DNA of 33,402 nucleotides from positions 1-33,402 of the IMG/VR virus record IMGVR_UViG_3300038318_000158; one strand, given 5' to 3'. The notes below the pieces were generated by a model, which was not told the DNA's origin, did no database searches, and was given only the letters and a program-made list of their open reading frames with translations. The position numbers were made by a program, and so were the translations under genes. The DNA comes from a virus (lineage: Duplodnaviria > Caudoviricetes). Shown here piece after piece: positions 24,983 to 33,402 of the stretch (its first letter is position 1; the number at the start of each line of letters is the position of its first letter).

Positions 24983-26157
24983 CTCCTAGCCCAAACGCTT
25001 TTCATGCTCATACCTCTTCCATAATTATAGGTATGGTGTCTTTCATGTTTAGCTCTTAATCCTGCTATTTCACTAAACTTTTTATATTCTTCTCTTTGCC
25101 TTCTTAATTTAATACTTGCAGCTGTGAAATCATCTTTTAATCCTGCTGCATCATAAGCTATAATATTTCTTTTAGTTTGCCTAATCTGTCTTTCATAGTA
25201 TCTTTGTTTCTGTGTAGCATCATAAGCTGTATATGTTTTACCTTCATATTCAAAGTCAGGTGGATCTATATTTTCTAGTTCCTCATCTGTATAGACCCGT
25301 TCTGAAATGCCCTCAAAGAAAGGAAACCAATCATGCCTGCAATTAGCCCCTTTAAAACCTTCTACATCTCCATACCCTATATCTTCAAGGCTTAGGTAAC
25401 CTCTTCTGCCCTCTCTACTAACTATTTGCCCTTGCCACTCTGCATGTGAAGGTCTAGCTCCCATATGAGCTGTTATCTCCATTAAATCTTGACCCATCAT
25501 ATCAGCATTAGCTAAACTCATATATCCTGTAATTTGACTCATAGCTGTTAGTACATTCATTCTTACAGCTGATTCTATATGATACCTTCTACCGCTGCTA
25601 TAATCAACTGTCCTTAGCCCACTATTGCCTAACTTATTAACTGCTTGTCTTAAAACTGTAGTATAATCAAATGCCCCTGTACTGACTTGTAGTATAGCAG
25701 AATCAATTGTATTTCTGTAAAAGTTAGGTATTCTCATAAATTGCCTATTAGATACAAACCCCATTGTGTTGCTTAGATTTCTCATAGTGCTTTGTGTCTG
25801 CTTAATAGTTGCCTCTATGAAATCTATCATCTTTATATTCTTATAAAGTGGTTTTAAGTCCTTTCCTGCCTTCTTATACAATTCTCTTTCATGGTTATAG
25901 CTTAGTTCAGCGCTATTTTCAAATAACTCCCTTACTTTCTTTTGTGATATGTCAGTTGTTCTTGATATTTCTTTTTCTATATCTGCTAAATTATATCCCA
26001 TTTCTACTAAAACTTTTGTTTGATATTCTGCTGTTTCTGTTAACTCTATATTTTCTTTTATTCTTCTAGATATGTCAGCTATTACCTTATCCTCTAGGTC
26101 TAAGTAGATATTAACTATATACTGTGGCTGTTCTTTAAGATATTGAGGTGTTAGCAT
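24979..26157 (-). CDS. phage minor capsid protein (Phage_min_cap2)
   Basis: HMGARPSHAEWQG, GANCRH, YDATQKQRYYERQIR. Confidence 0.9.
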   Translation of the reverse strand: MLTPQYLKEQPQYIVNIYLDLEDKVIADISRRIKENIELTETAEYQTKVLVEMGYNLADIEKEISRTTDISQKKVRELFENSAELSYNHERELYKKAGKDLKPLYKNIKMIDFIEATIKQTQSTMRNLSNTMGFVSNRQFMRIPNFYRNTIDSAILQVSTGAFDYTTVLRQAVNKLGNSGLRTVDYSSGRRYHIESAVRMNVLTAMSQITGYMSLANADMMGQDLMEITAHMGARPSHAEWQGQIVSREGRRGYLSLEDIGYGDVEGFKGANCRHDWFPFFEGISERVYTDEELENIDPPDFEYEGKTYTAYDATQKQRYYERQIRQTKRNIIAYDAAGLKDDFTAASIKLRRQREEYKKFSEIAGLRAKHERHHTYNYGRGMSMKSVWARR

Positions 26158-26201
26158 TTAATCACCTACTCCAAGCCATCATAGTTTTTTTAATTAAAGA
26201 T

Positions 26202-26465
26202 TTATTCATTGTATCTAACCCCATGCTTCAAGGCTAACTCCGATAGTTGTTCTGCTACTTTATTAATTTCTATGCCATCTTCTTCGTCATCTTCTGTTTT
26301 GTTGTTCAAGTCTACTGAAATCACTTGTAATATGTTTACCGCAAATATTTCTTCTCCTTCTTCATCTTGTAAGTATAGCAAACTACCCTTTTCAAATAAA
26401 TTGATTTTCCTTTCTGTTTTTATGTCATATGCATCATTTTCACATTCTATTGTAGTTACATACAT
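26202..26465 (-). CDS. acidic hypothetical protein between portal and minor capsid
   Basis: ORF track; GGAGGGG RBS. Confidence 0.7.
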   Translation of the reverse strand: MYVTTIECENDAYDIKTERKINLFEKGSLLYLQDEEGEEIFAVNILQVISVDLNNKTEDDEEDGIEINKVAEQLSELALKHGVRYNE

Positions 26466-26476
26466 ATTATCCCCTC

Positions 26477-27862
26477 CTACTCCATATCGTCATAATCTTC
26501 TTTCTTAACATCTTCATTCATGCTAGGCAACATCTTTCTAGCCTGTTCCTCTGTTACTCCATACCTCTCCATGAGATATTTTTCTGGTTTGATTAATCCT
26601 GCTGATACTTCCTGCAACATTATTGTTTGTTCTGTCTTGCTATCGACTACAAGTGAATCGTCAAAATCAAAACTTACCTCGTATTCCCCTTTAGCAACTC
26701 CCATTATAGTAGCCCATATATCCATAGCATATATAAGGTCCTCCAAGGCGTGTTGAAGTCCTTTCTGCATATCAACCACCATTGAATAAGTACGTTGCTT
26801 ACTTGACCTTATCTCTTCCGCTGTCTTATCTACCATTTGTACATCACTTAATGTGCCATATGCTAAACCACAGTTAAACTCTATACGCTGCAATATCTTA
26901 TTAAGGCCATTGAATAAGTTCTCGTCTCTTATAGGAGGTGAATATACTTTATAAAATCCATCTTCTCCAGCATCTAACATTCTAAATATTCTTTCCTTAC
27001 CCTCTGGAATTTCTTCACCATCTTTTAGCATTGATAAATCGACATCTATAGCCAACTCTGAACCTTCGTATTCCCATATAGTTCTCGAATATTGCCTATC
27101 TGCTTCTTTAATCAAGTTTACTGCTCGAGCATATGCCGATACCCCCAAAGGACTTCTTGTATCTATGGTATTAGCTATAGGTATCTTGTAATAAGCAAAT
27201 AAAGGTTTTTTTATATTTTGCAATAATATTTCTGGCTCTAAATCTGCCCACTCTTGCACTGTGTCAAGAGATACCTGTTTACCTAACGTATCATCATTAT
27301 TTTCATTGACATAAGCTGTGTTTGATATATAATAGCCTTTTTCTAGCAAGTCATGATATTCCAGTCTTGTGTAGATTTTACTGCCTTTTCTTAATCTTTC
27401 TGTAAATATTACTGCTGTTATATTGCCGCTTGAGTCGAATTTAACTGGCAGAAATTCATCTGCTTGAACATAGTCAACTGCAATGCTTTCTCCATCTATA
27501 TAAGGTTTAAATATTAATCCACCTTTAGCTGCTGCATATTCAGTTACTCTTCTTATATCCTCTATTACTTTCCTGTATTGCTCGTTTAGATAGTCGGCTC
27601 TTTTACTTCCTGTAATTTCAGACTGCATTTCTAGTGTTGTCAATCTAGATAATTCACTTGCAATAGCCGCTGCCAAGTTCAAGCTCTTAGTATTCTTATC
27701 TAGCCAAGGGGATTCATCTCTATACATTTTACCCCACAAGTCAATAGCTTCTCCCATTTCATCTGATATAGCAACGTCAACATTCATAGCTTCTTTTATA
27801 TTCTTCTTAGGAAACAACTTGTTTATCACCTGCCTTATATAATCAATCATTTTCTTAAACAA
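26477..27862 (-). CDS. portal protein, A118-like
   Basis: SPLGVS, IEFNCGLAYGTLS, KTAEEI, FDDS; follows TerL. Confidence 0.9.
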   Translation of the reverse strand: MFKKMIDYIRQVINKLFPKKNIKEAMNVDVAISDEMGEAIDLWGKMYRDESPWLDKNTKSLNLAAAIASELSRLTTLEMQSEITGSKRADYLNEQYRKVIEDIRRVTEYAAAKGGLIFKPYIDGESIAVDYVQADEFLPVKFDSSGNITAVIFTERLRKGSKIYTRLEYHDLLEKGYYISNTAYVNENNDDTLGKQVSLDTVQEWADLEPEILLQNIKKPLFAYYKIPIANTIDTRSPLGVSAYARAVNLIKEADRQYSRTIWEYEGSELAIDVDLSMLKDGEEIPEGKERIFRMLDAGEDGFYKVYSPPIRDENLFNGLNKILQRIEFNCGLAYGTLSDVQMVDKTAEEIRSSKQRTYSMVVDMQKGLQHALEDLIYAMDIWATIMGVAKGEYEVSFDFDDSLVVDSKTEQTIMLQEVSAGLIKPEKYLMERYGVTEEQARKMLPSMNEDVKKEDYDDME

Positions 27863-27870
27863 CTTATCAC

Positions 27871-29193
27871 CTACTTTCTCATCAACTGCCTAATATAACG
27901 TTCAAATGAGTATTCAAAGGCGTCTAATGTATCTATATCGCTTGTACCGTCATCTAGCCTTACTATTTCCTGTTCGTTTGACTCGTCCCACACTGCTTCA
28001 TTTAAAGCTTCTCTAACCGTTTCAGCCTGTTCAGTATAATAAAACCTATCTTGTGCTATTAAAGACTGTACAAGCCTTATTCTGTCATTTATAGGGTTTT
28101 TAATTGAGTTTCTTATTGTCACATTCAAGCCTTCTTTTCTGCTCTTTGCTTTTAACCCTCTTATTAGGACTTGTTCTGCTGAATCTGCATAAGCTCTATC
28201 AACTCTTTTAAATGTTCTTAACACTCTATATACAAAGTCGACATATCTGCTTGCTAACTCATCAGGGTCTATATTAGCATCATGTTTTTCGCTCATCAAA
28301 GCTATTAGTTTTTCATACCCTGCTGTGATTCCAGTCGCTACAAAGGTATGCTTAGACTCATTCCCTCCAAAATCCACTCCTATTTGTATATGCTCGTATA
28401 ACAACTTCTTAGCTTCATCTAAACACATGAAGTATTTCTTGTTATTTTCAGCGAATGTACTGTATATCAAGCCTTCAGCTATCATACGTTTACCTTCAAT
28501 GTCTCTCATATACCAAATAGATGAAGGATCATATTGTGATATTATTTCTTTTATTCTTTGTTCAGTAAGATTTATGTTATCAAATATAGTAAAGTGTTCA
28601 TAGTTATAGCCACCAACTAGCTCGCCTCTATTTTGTTTTTCTTGATATAAGTCTATATAATCTGTATAAATCCAATGTCTAGGTTTGCTAGGGTTTAAGT
28701 CCCAGAATATCTTTCTATTTTCAGCCATCAATTGCCTGTTAAATGCTTCTTTAATCGTATTATCATGATGTAGGTTGATTTCCGTTGCTATCCATAGGCC
28801 GTATGAGTTCCCTCTTATCTTTTTATAGCTGTCTGCCTTAGCTCCACCCGCAAATATTACTACCTTTTCACCTGTAATCGACTTGATGAACAAACATTCA
28901 TTTCCCTTAAATTTTCCCCATCTGCTTCTACCTCTAAATATGTGTTCTAGTCCAAAACCATTAGCTTCTCCTATGTTTAATTTAGCATTAGCAGCGGTAC
29001 TCCCAGTTGCTAGGTGTATCTTATCTGCTGTAACTTCTAGCTCCATAGCAAAGGAGAATACATTGTCTATAGTCTTACCTGCTCTTACTGCTCCCTCTGC
29101 AACGTTTATTGTATTATGTTTGCATCTACGTATATAGTCTTTATGTTTATCTCCAAATCCCCATTCTATTGTTTGCTTCTTCTTAATTGCCAT
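27871..29193 (-). CDS. terL: terminase large subunit, PBSX family
   Basis: Walker A EGAVRAGKT, DLNP, GVDFG, D..DAFEY nuclease motif. Confidence 0.93.
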   Translation of the reverse strand: MAIKKKQTIEWGFGDKHKDYIRRCKHNTINVAEGAVRAGKTIDNVFSFAMELEVTADKIHLATGSTAANAKLNIGEANGFGLEHIFRGRSRWGKFKGNECLFIKSITGEKVVIFAGGAKADSYKKIRGNSYGLWIATEINLHHDNTIKEAFNRQLMAENRKIFWDLNPSKPRHWIYTDYIDLYQEKQNRGELVGGYNYEHFTIFDNINLTEQRIKEIISQYDPSSIWYMRDIEGKRMIAEGLIYSTFAENNKKYFMCLDEAKKLLYEHIQIGVDFGGNESKHTFVATGITAGYEKLIALMSEKHDANIDPDELASRYVDFVYRVLRTFKRVDRAYADSAEQVLIRGLKAKSRKEGLNVTIRNSIKNPINDRIRLVQSLIAQDRFYYTEQAETVREALNEAVWDESNEQEIVRLDDGTSDIDTLDAFEYSFERYIRQLMRK

Positions 29194-29803
29194 CTGAATC
29201 ACCGTATATCTCTTTGTATATGCTTGATAGATCTTCTATTTCATCATGTGTACCGGTTATTTTATTTGTATCTGCTTTAATCTTTTCTATTTTAGCTTTC
29301 CTTTCTTCTTCAACTATTCCTGCATCTAGTTCTAGTTTGTGTTTAGTCTCTATTAATTTTATTTTATTGTTTTGTACTCTGGTTAGAGCTTCTTCTATAG
29401 ATTGTATTCTAGATAACACTTCTTCTTTTTCAATTAGTTTAGTTTCTTGCCCTCTGTCTATACCTGCTTTTGCAATCGTCGTTATCAATTCTCCATCTTT
29501 TAACTTTTGTATTCTTTGTAACATACGCCTTTCCCTTATTTCAGTTAATTTTATTTCATTGTCAATTTGTTTTATCTTGTCTAGTGTTACTTTATCTATT
29601 AATTCTTTTTCTTCTTCTTCCAAAGTATCTATCCATATAGCCTCATGCTCTCCTGTTTTAAGTCCATTTTTATTGTTTTTGGGTGCTCCACCCCTAGCAC
29701 CATGGTAGTAACATACATCGTAACCTTTAACTGCCCAGTTTCCACATCTTTCGCCTTTTCTGTTTGTTGCTTTACAGCGTTTTTTATCTGGATTTCTTGC
29801 CAT
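29183..29803 (-). CDS. terS: terminase small subunit with N-terminal Cys/His (HGGxSTG-like) motif
   Basis: RCKA....GERC.......VCYYHG, GAPKNNKN.LKTG; IEEALTRVQ; overlaps the terL start. Confidence 0.85.
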   Translation of the reverse strand: MARNPDKKRCKATNRKGERCGNWAVKGYDVCYYHGARGGAPKNNKNGLKTGEHEAIWIDTLEEEEKELIDKVTLDKIKQIDNEIKLTEIRERRMLQRIQKLKDGELITTIAKAGIDRGQETKLIEKEEVLSRIQSIEEALTRVQNNKIKLIETKHKLELDAGIVEEERKAKIEKIKADTNKITGTHDEIEDLSSIYKEIYGDSDGN

Positions 29804-29956
29804 CTACATCTTCACCACCTCGCAATTTTCACTCCAATCCATGGGGTTAATTTATTATTAGTCACAAAACTAAGGTTTTGTACCATTAAAGTTTAGTCTT
29901 TTTAAGAACGTGTATTTTTACACATTAAATGCTATTGCCCAACGGTGGGATAAACA

Positions 29957-30109
29957 TTATCTGAATAAGTTTAATGCTATATAAAATACAATCGGTATTG
30001 TTGTTATTACAGTTCCTAGCCTAACAGTGCTACTTGATTTATCATTAGCTATATTAGCCATGATTGAAAAGGTTAAAACTACTAAACTATACCATCCTAA
30101 TATCTTCAT
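29957..30109 (-). CDS. small two-TM membrane protein (50 aa, MKILGWYSLVVLTFSIMANI...LNLFR), not in ORF track
   Basis: Manual translation; AAGGAGGG RBS. Confidence 0.65.
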   Translation of the reverse strand: MKILGWYSLVVLTFSIMANIANDKSSSTVRLGTVITTIPIVFYIALNLFR

Positions 30110-30122
30110 ACTTGTCCCTCCT

Positions 30123-30812
30123 TTATGCTGTTTGTTTCAAATATCTTTGATTTAACATTCCTTTTATCTCTTTATAGCCCATGCCTAAATTAATAAGTCC
30201 CGTTACAGTGTTTTCTAAGGCTTGTATCTCTTTTAATTCATCAGCATTAAAATGTTCTCTTAGATTATCTTTCTTTGATAGCCCTCTTTCCGCTCTTAGT
30301 TCTGATACTGTTTTATTAAATAGAATTTTATATATTAATCTAGTATAGTTAGGATACATAAAATGTTTATTAGGACTGTCTGGTATTCTTTCTTTTATAG
30401 TATCTGTTAGCATATTTCTTACAACCTTTCCTGCTTCACGTTGTACGATTCTTTTTTGTTCTTGAGTTTTCATTTCTCTATATCTTTTTTCTACTTCTAT
30501 AAAATATCTTCTTACTTGCTTACCTCTTTCGTTATTTTCTACCATTGCTACCTCTTTAGCCATGTCCATTTGTAAAATATAATCTGTTCTAGGTCTACCT
30601 CCTAATGGGTTTTCCCCCGATTTGGTGAATACTACTGCATAGTCATAATTCTCGATAAAATCATATTTATTAATTTTATCCTTTATCCATGTAGTAAAGT
30701 CTCGTCCTACTTCTAAGAATTCATGTAGTTCTCTAGCATCAACTAATCTTTCTTGTTTCTCATTTTGATATACAGGTATTAATTCATTTTCAAATATAGT
30801 TAAATCTTTCAT
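30123..30812 (-). CDS. AntA/AntB-family antirepressor
   Basis: VDARELHEFLEV..DF..WI, GGRP..DY.L..DMAKE.AMVE..ERGKQVRRYFI. Confidence 0.9.
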   Translation of the reverse strand: MKDLTIFENELIPVYQNEKQERLVDARELHEFLEVGRDFTTWIKDKINKYDFIENYDYAVVFTKSGENPLGGRPRTDYILQMDMAKEVAMVENNERGKQVRRYFIEVEKRYREMKTQEQKRIVQREAGKVVRNMLTDTIKERIPDSPNKHFMYPNYTRLIYKILFNKTVSELRAERGLSKKDNLREHFNADELKEIQALENTVTGLINLGMGYKEIKGMLNQRYLKQTA

Positions 30813-30901
30813 CTTGTTACCTCCTTAGGTTTGTTTTTTAACACTTAGGAGCTACAGGAGCATACCCTGTAATGAGTTCCTCCTAAGGAGTTTTTTGTAT
30901 T

Positions 30902-30929
30902 AAAAAAAAGACCTTATTTTATGGTCTTT
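30902..30929 (-). terminator. terminator upstream of the antA leader
   Basis: AAAGACC / GGTCTTT stem plus T-run on minus. Confidence 0.7.
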
Positions 30930-30952
30930 GATTATTATCACGAAACTTTTAT

Positions 30953-31159
30953 TTAATTCATCCCTCTTTTGAGTGTTTTCGCTGCTGCTATATTATCCCT
31001 GCATTGCATTATCTCAAGTTGATTGTTTAATTCATCTTCTAGTAATTCATTCAATTTCTTTTCTTCATCCTCTACAATTCTCTCTAAGAAGCACCTAGGT
31101 AGCATACAAAACCTTTTAGTTCCTGTATCTTTTCCCCACACACACTTTTCACAATTCAT
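30953..31159 (-). CDS. small Cys-rich protein (CxxC...CxxxxC)
   Basis: ORF track; AAGGAG RBS. Confidence 0.65.
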   Translation of the reverse strand: MNCEKCVWGKDTGTKRFCMLPRCFLERIVEDEEKKLNELLEDELNNQLEIMQCRDNIAAAKTLKRGMN

Positions 31160-31313
31160 TTTTATTCTCCTTCATATAGTCTTTTTTAGCTCTATATATT
31201 AATCTATTTATTTTCCTTCCTCTTTCCTTTCTAGCTTCACATTTCTTTTTATCTTTATCACAGAACATGCAATTTTCTGTACAATATATTTTTCCTTCTT
31301 TTTCATATATCAT
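31149..31313 (-). CDS. small basic Cys-rich protein (54 aa, MIYEKEGKIYCTENCMFCDKDKKKC...), not in ORF track
   Basis: Manual translation; GAGGTG RBS; overlaps the next gene start. Confidence 0.6.
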   Translation of the reverse strand: MIYEKEGKIYCTENCMFCDKDKKKCEARKERGRKINRLIYRAKKDYMKENKNEL

Positions 31314-31352
31314 TGTTTCACCTCATTATCAAATATGAGTAACTCTAATATG

Positions 31353-31392
31353 TAAAAGGACAGACTCAACTTTCGTTAAATCTGCCCTTTTA
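31353..31392 (-). terminator. 18-bp hairpin with GAAA tetraloop in the late leader
   Basis: UAAAAGGGCAGAUUUAAC-GAAA-GUUGAGUCUGUCCUUUUA; three G-U pairs that work only on the minus-sense RNA. Confidence 0.7.
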
Positions 31393-31471
31393 GGAGGAAC
31401 ATTTGAGATAATTTCAATTATTTACTTGCTATTTTTATCAGCACCTTCTTTTATATTTTCTCTATACTATC

Positions 31472-31517
31472 ATATTATCATGTTTAAAATAGCTTGTCAG
31501 TGGGTTCTTAGTGGGTT
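31472..31517 (-). promoter_or_regulatory. probable late promoter (CTGACA-17-TAATAT, extended -10) with tandem AACCCACT repeats just upstream of -35
   Basis: AGTGGGTT on plus at 31499-31506 and 31510-31517, at the 3' end of the activator gene, as in Ltr (RinA/ArpU) systems. Confidence 0.6.
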
Positions 31518-31933
31518 TTATGTTTTGCACTGACTTCTTTTATCCAGTCATATGAATATCCTAATTCGTCAGCTATTTCTACCAAGCTCTTGCCTTGTAT
31601 ATCCCTCATATATGCAACTTTCTTATCTAATCCCTCTAAATTGTTTATATGCTTTTCTATTTTCGCTTTTGACTCGTTAAGCCTTTTTATTGTTTCTTGA
31701 TGTAAGTGTATATGATTATTTATCTTATTTATCGTTTCTATAGCTGTAAAAAAGTCTATTTGGCTTGTATTTTGTACGTTTGGTTGGCTATAATCTATTC
31801 CTGTAATCGGCTGTGGACCATCTAGTTTTGCTAGTTTTCTTATTGCTTCTTTTTGTACTTCATATGCTTTCATCCGTTCTTCCCATATTTCTATTTCCTC
31901 ACATAGGTCTCTATATGATTTTATAGTGTCCAA
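31508..31933 (-). CDS. late transcriptional activator (RinA/ArpU-like, sigma region-4-like HTH)
   Basis: GKSLVEIADELGYSYDWIK; last gene before the packaging region. Confidence 0.8.
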   Translation of the reverse strand: MDTIKSYRDLCEEIEIWEERMKAYEVQKEAIRKLAKLDGPQPITGIDYSQPNVQNTSQIDFFTAIETINKINNHIHLHQETIKRLNESKAKIEKHINNLEGLDKKVAYMRDIQGKSLVEIADELGYSYDWIKEVSAKHKTH

Positions 31934-31934
31934 G

Positions 31935-32264
31935 CTATTCCCCTCTCCTTTCTGCTTCTATCTGATTCTCTATTATCCTCATTTCCAACTTAGTAGCTTG
32001 TATCCGTTCATTCGCCGATTTATATAGCACTTCTGCTGTATCTCTATCAAATTTTAATTTTGCTATATTCTCTTTTCCTCGGCATATATCTGAAATTATC
32101 GTTACTGGTACTTTATTATCTCTTTGTATTAACATTTCTTTTGCTAGAGCTATTCTATATTTTCTTTCAGCCTCTGCCATCCCTTCGCCCCGTTCCCTAG
32201 CTTCTTTTATAGCTCTATTTAACTCTTTTCTTTTATTTTGCATCTCTATATATAAGTCTTGCAT
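31935..32264 (-). CDS. helical hypothetical phage protein
   Basis: ORF track; coupled to neighbours. Confidence 0.75.
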   Translation of the reverse strand: MQDLYIEMQNKRKELNRAIKEARERGEGMAEAERKYRIALAKEMLIQRDNKVPVTIISDICRGKENIAKLKFDRDTAEVLYKSANERIQATKLEMRIIENQIEAERRGE

Positions 32265-32270
32265 TATTTA

Positions 32271-32606
32271 TCACCTATCCAGTTTTCTTTTTAACCTTTT
32301 TATTTCTTCCTCTAACTTATTTATTCTTTTCATAATTTCTTTATCTGTATTAATTTTTTTAAATATCTCACCATCTTCTGCAAACCTGTAATGTAAAAAT
32401 ATTGTATTTGCACACAATCCGCTATAAGTGTTTCCGTCTGGTGTCCAACATAATTTTAAACATCCTTCTGCAATACTTCCATATAAATCATCATCTGGGT
32501 CATGTACAAATATCGCTCCCTTTTTAAGAGACCCAAAATCTCTTTTTAATTCGTAATAATCATAAGATATATCCGACAATGCTCTTATCCCATTTTCTTT
32601 AATCAT
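32271..32606 (-). CDS. hypothetical phage protein
   Basis: ORF track; GGAGGG RBS. Confidence 0.75.
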   Translation of the reverse strand: MIKENGIRALSDISYDYYELKRDFGSLKKGAIFVHDPDDDLYGSIAEGCLKLCWTPDGNTYSGLCANTIFLHYRFAEDGEIFKKINTDKEIMKRINKLEEEIKRLKRKLDR

Positions 32607-32617
32607 ATTTAACCCTC

Positions 32618-32794
32618 CTAATTACTTTCATCTCTTTCAATTATTTCCGCTATAAAATCATATCTTTCATGTTCAACAGGCTCTATTTGTACAACTTTAT
32701 ATTTAGTATTATTTTCTTCATCTAATAATCTTTTTGCACAACCTGAATTGTGATGAAATTGTATTATTATACCTTTTGGATGTGTTAGCTTCAT
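32618..32794 (-). CDS. hypothetical protein (58 aa, MKLTHPKGIIIQFHHNSGCAKRLLDE...), not in ORF track
   Basis: Manual translation; GGAGGG RBS; fills the gap. Confidence 0.7.
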   Translation of the reverse strand: MKLTHPKGIIIQFHHNSGCAKRLLDEENNTKYKVVQIEPVEHERYDFIAEIIERDESN

Positions 32795-32805
32795 ATTTAT
32801 CCCTC

Positions 32806-33105
32806 CTAATACAGTTTACCGCCCATCATTTCTCTAACTTCATTTTCCGTATATCCCATTTCAAAATATTTCTCCTGTAATTGTTTTTTTAAATATAAAT
32901 CTAATTTCCTGCCGTCTCTTCCATGAACACCTTTTGTTCCTCTGTGATGGTAAGGACATAAAGGTACTACAGAATACTTATTTTCATGTTCCTTACGCTT
33001 CCCTCTACCTTTTACTATGTGATGTAGCTCTATATCACTAGAGCCACATATCACACAATTTAGACCGTATTCTTCTAATACTGCTTGTACTATTATCTTA
33101 TTCAT
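32806..33105 (-). CDS. HNH-like Zn-binding nuclease
   Basis: CVICG....ELHH.....VPLCPYHH..GVH. Confidence 0.75.
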   Translation of the reverse strand: MNKIIVQAVLEEYGLNCVICGSSDIELHHIVKGRGKRKEHENKYSVVPLCPYHHRGTKGVHGRDGRKLDLYLKKQLQEKYFEMGYTENEVREMMGGKLY

Positions 33106-33199
33106 TTGATGATTCCTCACATATTTTTATTACTTTAAAGGTTGTTATTAATGTTCCCATCGCTATTCCGGCTATAAAATATATTAGATGTTTTAACAT
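33098..33199 (-). CDS. small membrane peptide (33 aa, MLKHLIYFIAGIAMGTLITTFKVIKICEESSNE)
   Basis: Manual translation; ATG abuts the dUTPase stop. Confidence 0.55.
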   Translation of the reverse strand: MLKHLIYFIAGIAMGTLITTFKVIKICEESSNE

Positions 33200-33402
33200 T
33201 TAATATCCTTCCTCCTGTCTTCTATAGTTTTCTTTATGTTTCTTTAGATAGGCTTGTTCGATTTCTTCTGTAGTAAATTTAAGATACGCTCCTAGTTCTT
33301 CTATATCTCGCAATATACTAGAATGTAATGATATTGTGTTAGGTTTTCTTATCAATATTGCAGTTGTTTCTGTATATAAATCATTTATGTGATAGCTTAA
33401 AA
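33200..33402 (-). CDS. dut: dimeric dUTPase (dUTPase_2), 3' fragment cut by the window edge
   Basis: LG..L.FTTEEIEQAYLKKHKENYRRQEEGY* C-terminal motif. Confidence 0.75.
   Translation of the reverse strand, partial: LSYHINDLYTETTAILIRKPNTISLHSSILRDIEELGAYLKFTTEEIEQAYLKKHKENYRRQEEGY

Larger units (their letters stand above)
1..33402. mobile_element. temperate siphophage (A118-like morphogenesis module), partial genome spanning attP
   Basis: Complete packaging-head-tail-lysis-integration-switch synteny with no host genes. Confidence 0.95.

Noticed and set aside
29864-29881. Palindrome ACAAAAC-TAAG-GTTTTGT upstream of terS as a LexA box or pac site
   Set aside because: Two mismatches to GAAC-N4-GTTC and no second copy seen; function cannot be assigned
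1-33402. tRNA/rRNA genes, cas genes, IS elements or host genes
   Set aside because: None recognisable; the intergenic gaps are short and explained by promoters, terminators or small ORFs

Overview
A low-GC (roughly 30%) temperate siphophage of a Firmicutes host, probably Clostridia or Tissierellia (inference). Almost all genes are on the minus strand; only cI, the integrase and a small RNA cassette are on plus. Read from the right end on minus: end of the early/middle region (partial dimeric dUTPase, HNH-like nuclease, late activator), an AntA-type antirepressor, then an A118-like morphogenesis module (TerS, PBSX-type TerL, portal, minor capsid, GP20 scaffold, major capsid, connectors, tail tube, chaperone/gp15, tape measure, Dit, a 1436-aa tail spike). 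Lysis genes (XhlA, holin, amidase), an accessory block, an intact attP-like site, the tyrosine integrase, the cI/cro switch and the early operon follow. No host genes lie beside the integrase, so this looks like the excised or virion form. The most unusual element, at 5914-6095, is a self-contained single-spacer CRISPR mini-array with a type I-B-like repeat, its own promoter and a terminator. Its spacer is complementary to its own leader, which overlaps the promoter of a divergent orphan gene, and it converges on an acr/aca-like operon. Second, an unannotated 43-aa Mu Com-like zinc finger is followed by three GAGCC repeats that can sequester the tape-measure start codon. Other points: a LexA-boxed frameshifted gene beside attP, three antirepressor-family genes, and a structured leader with a possible antisense partner upstream of antA. 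All product calls come from motif recognition and synteny, not database searches.
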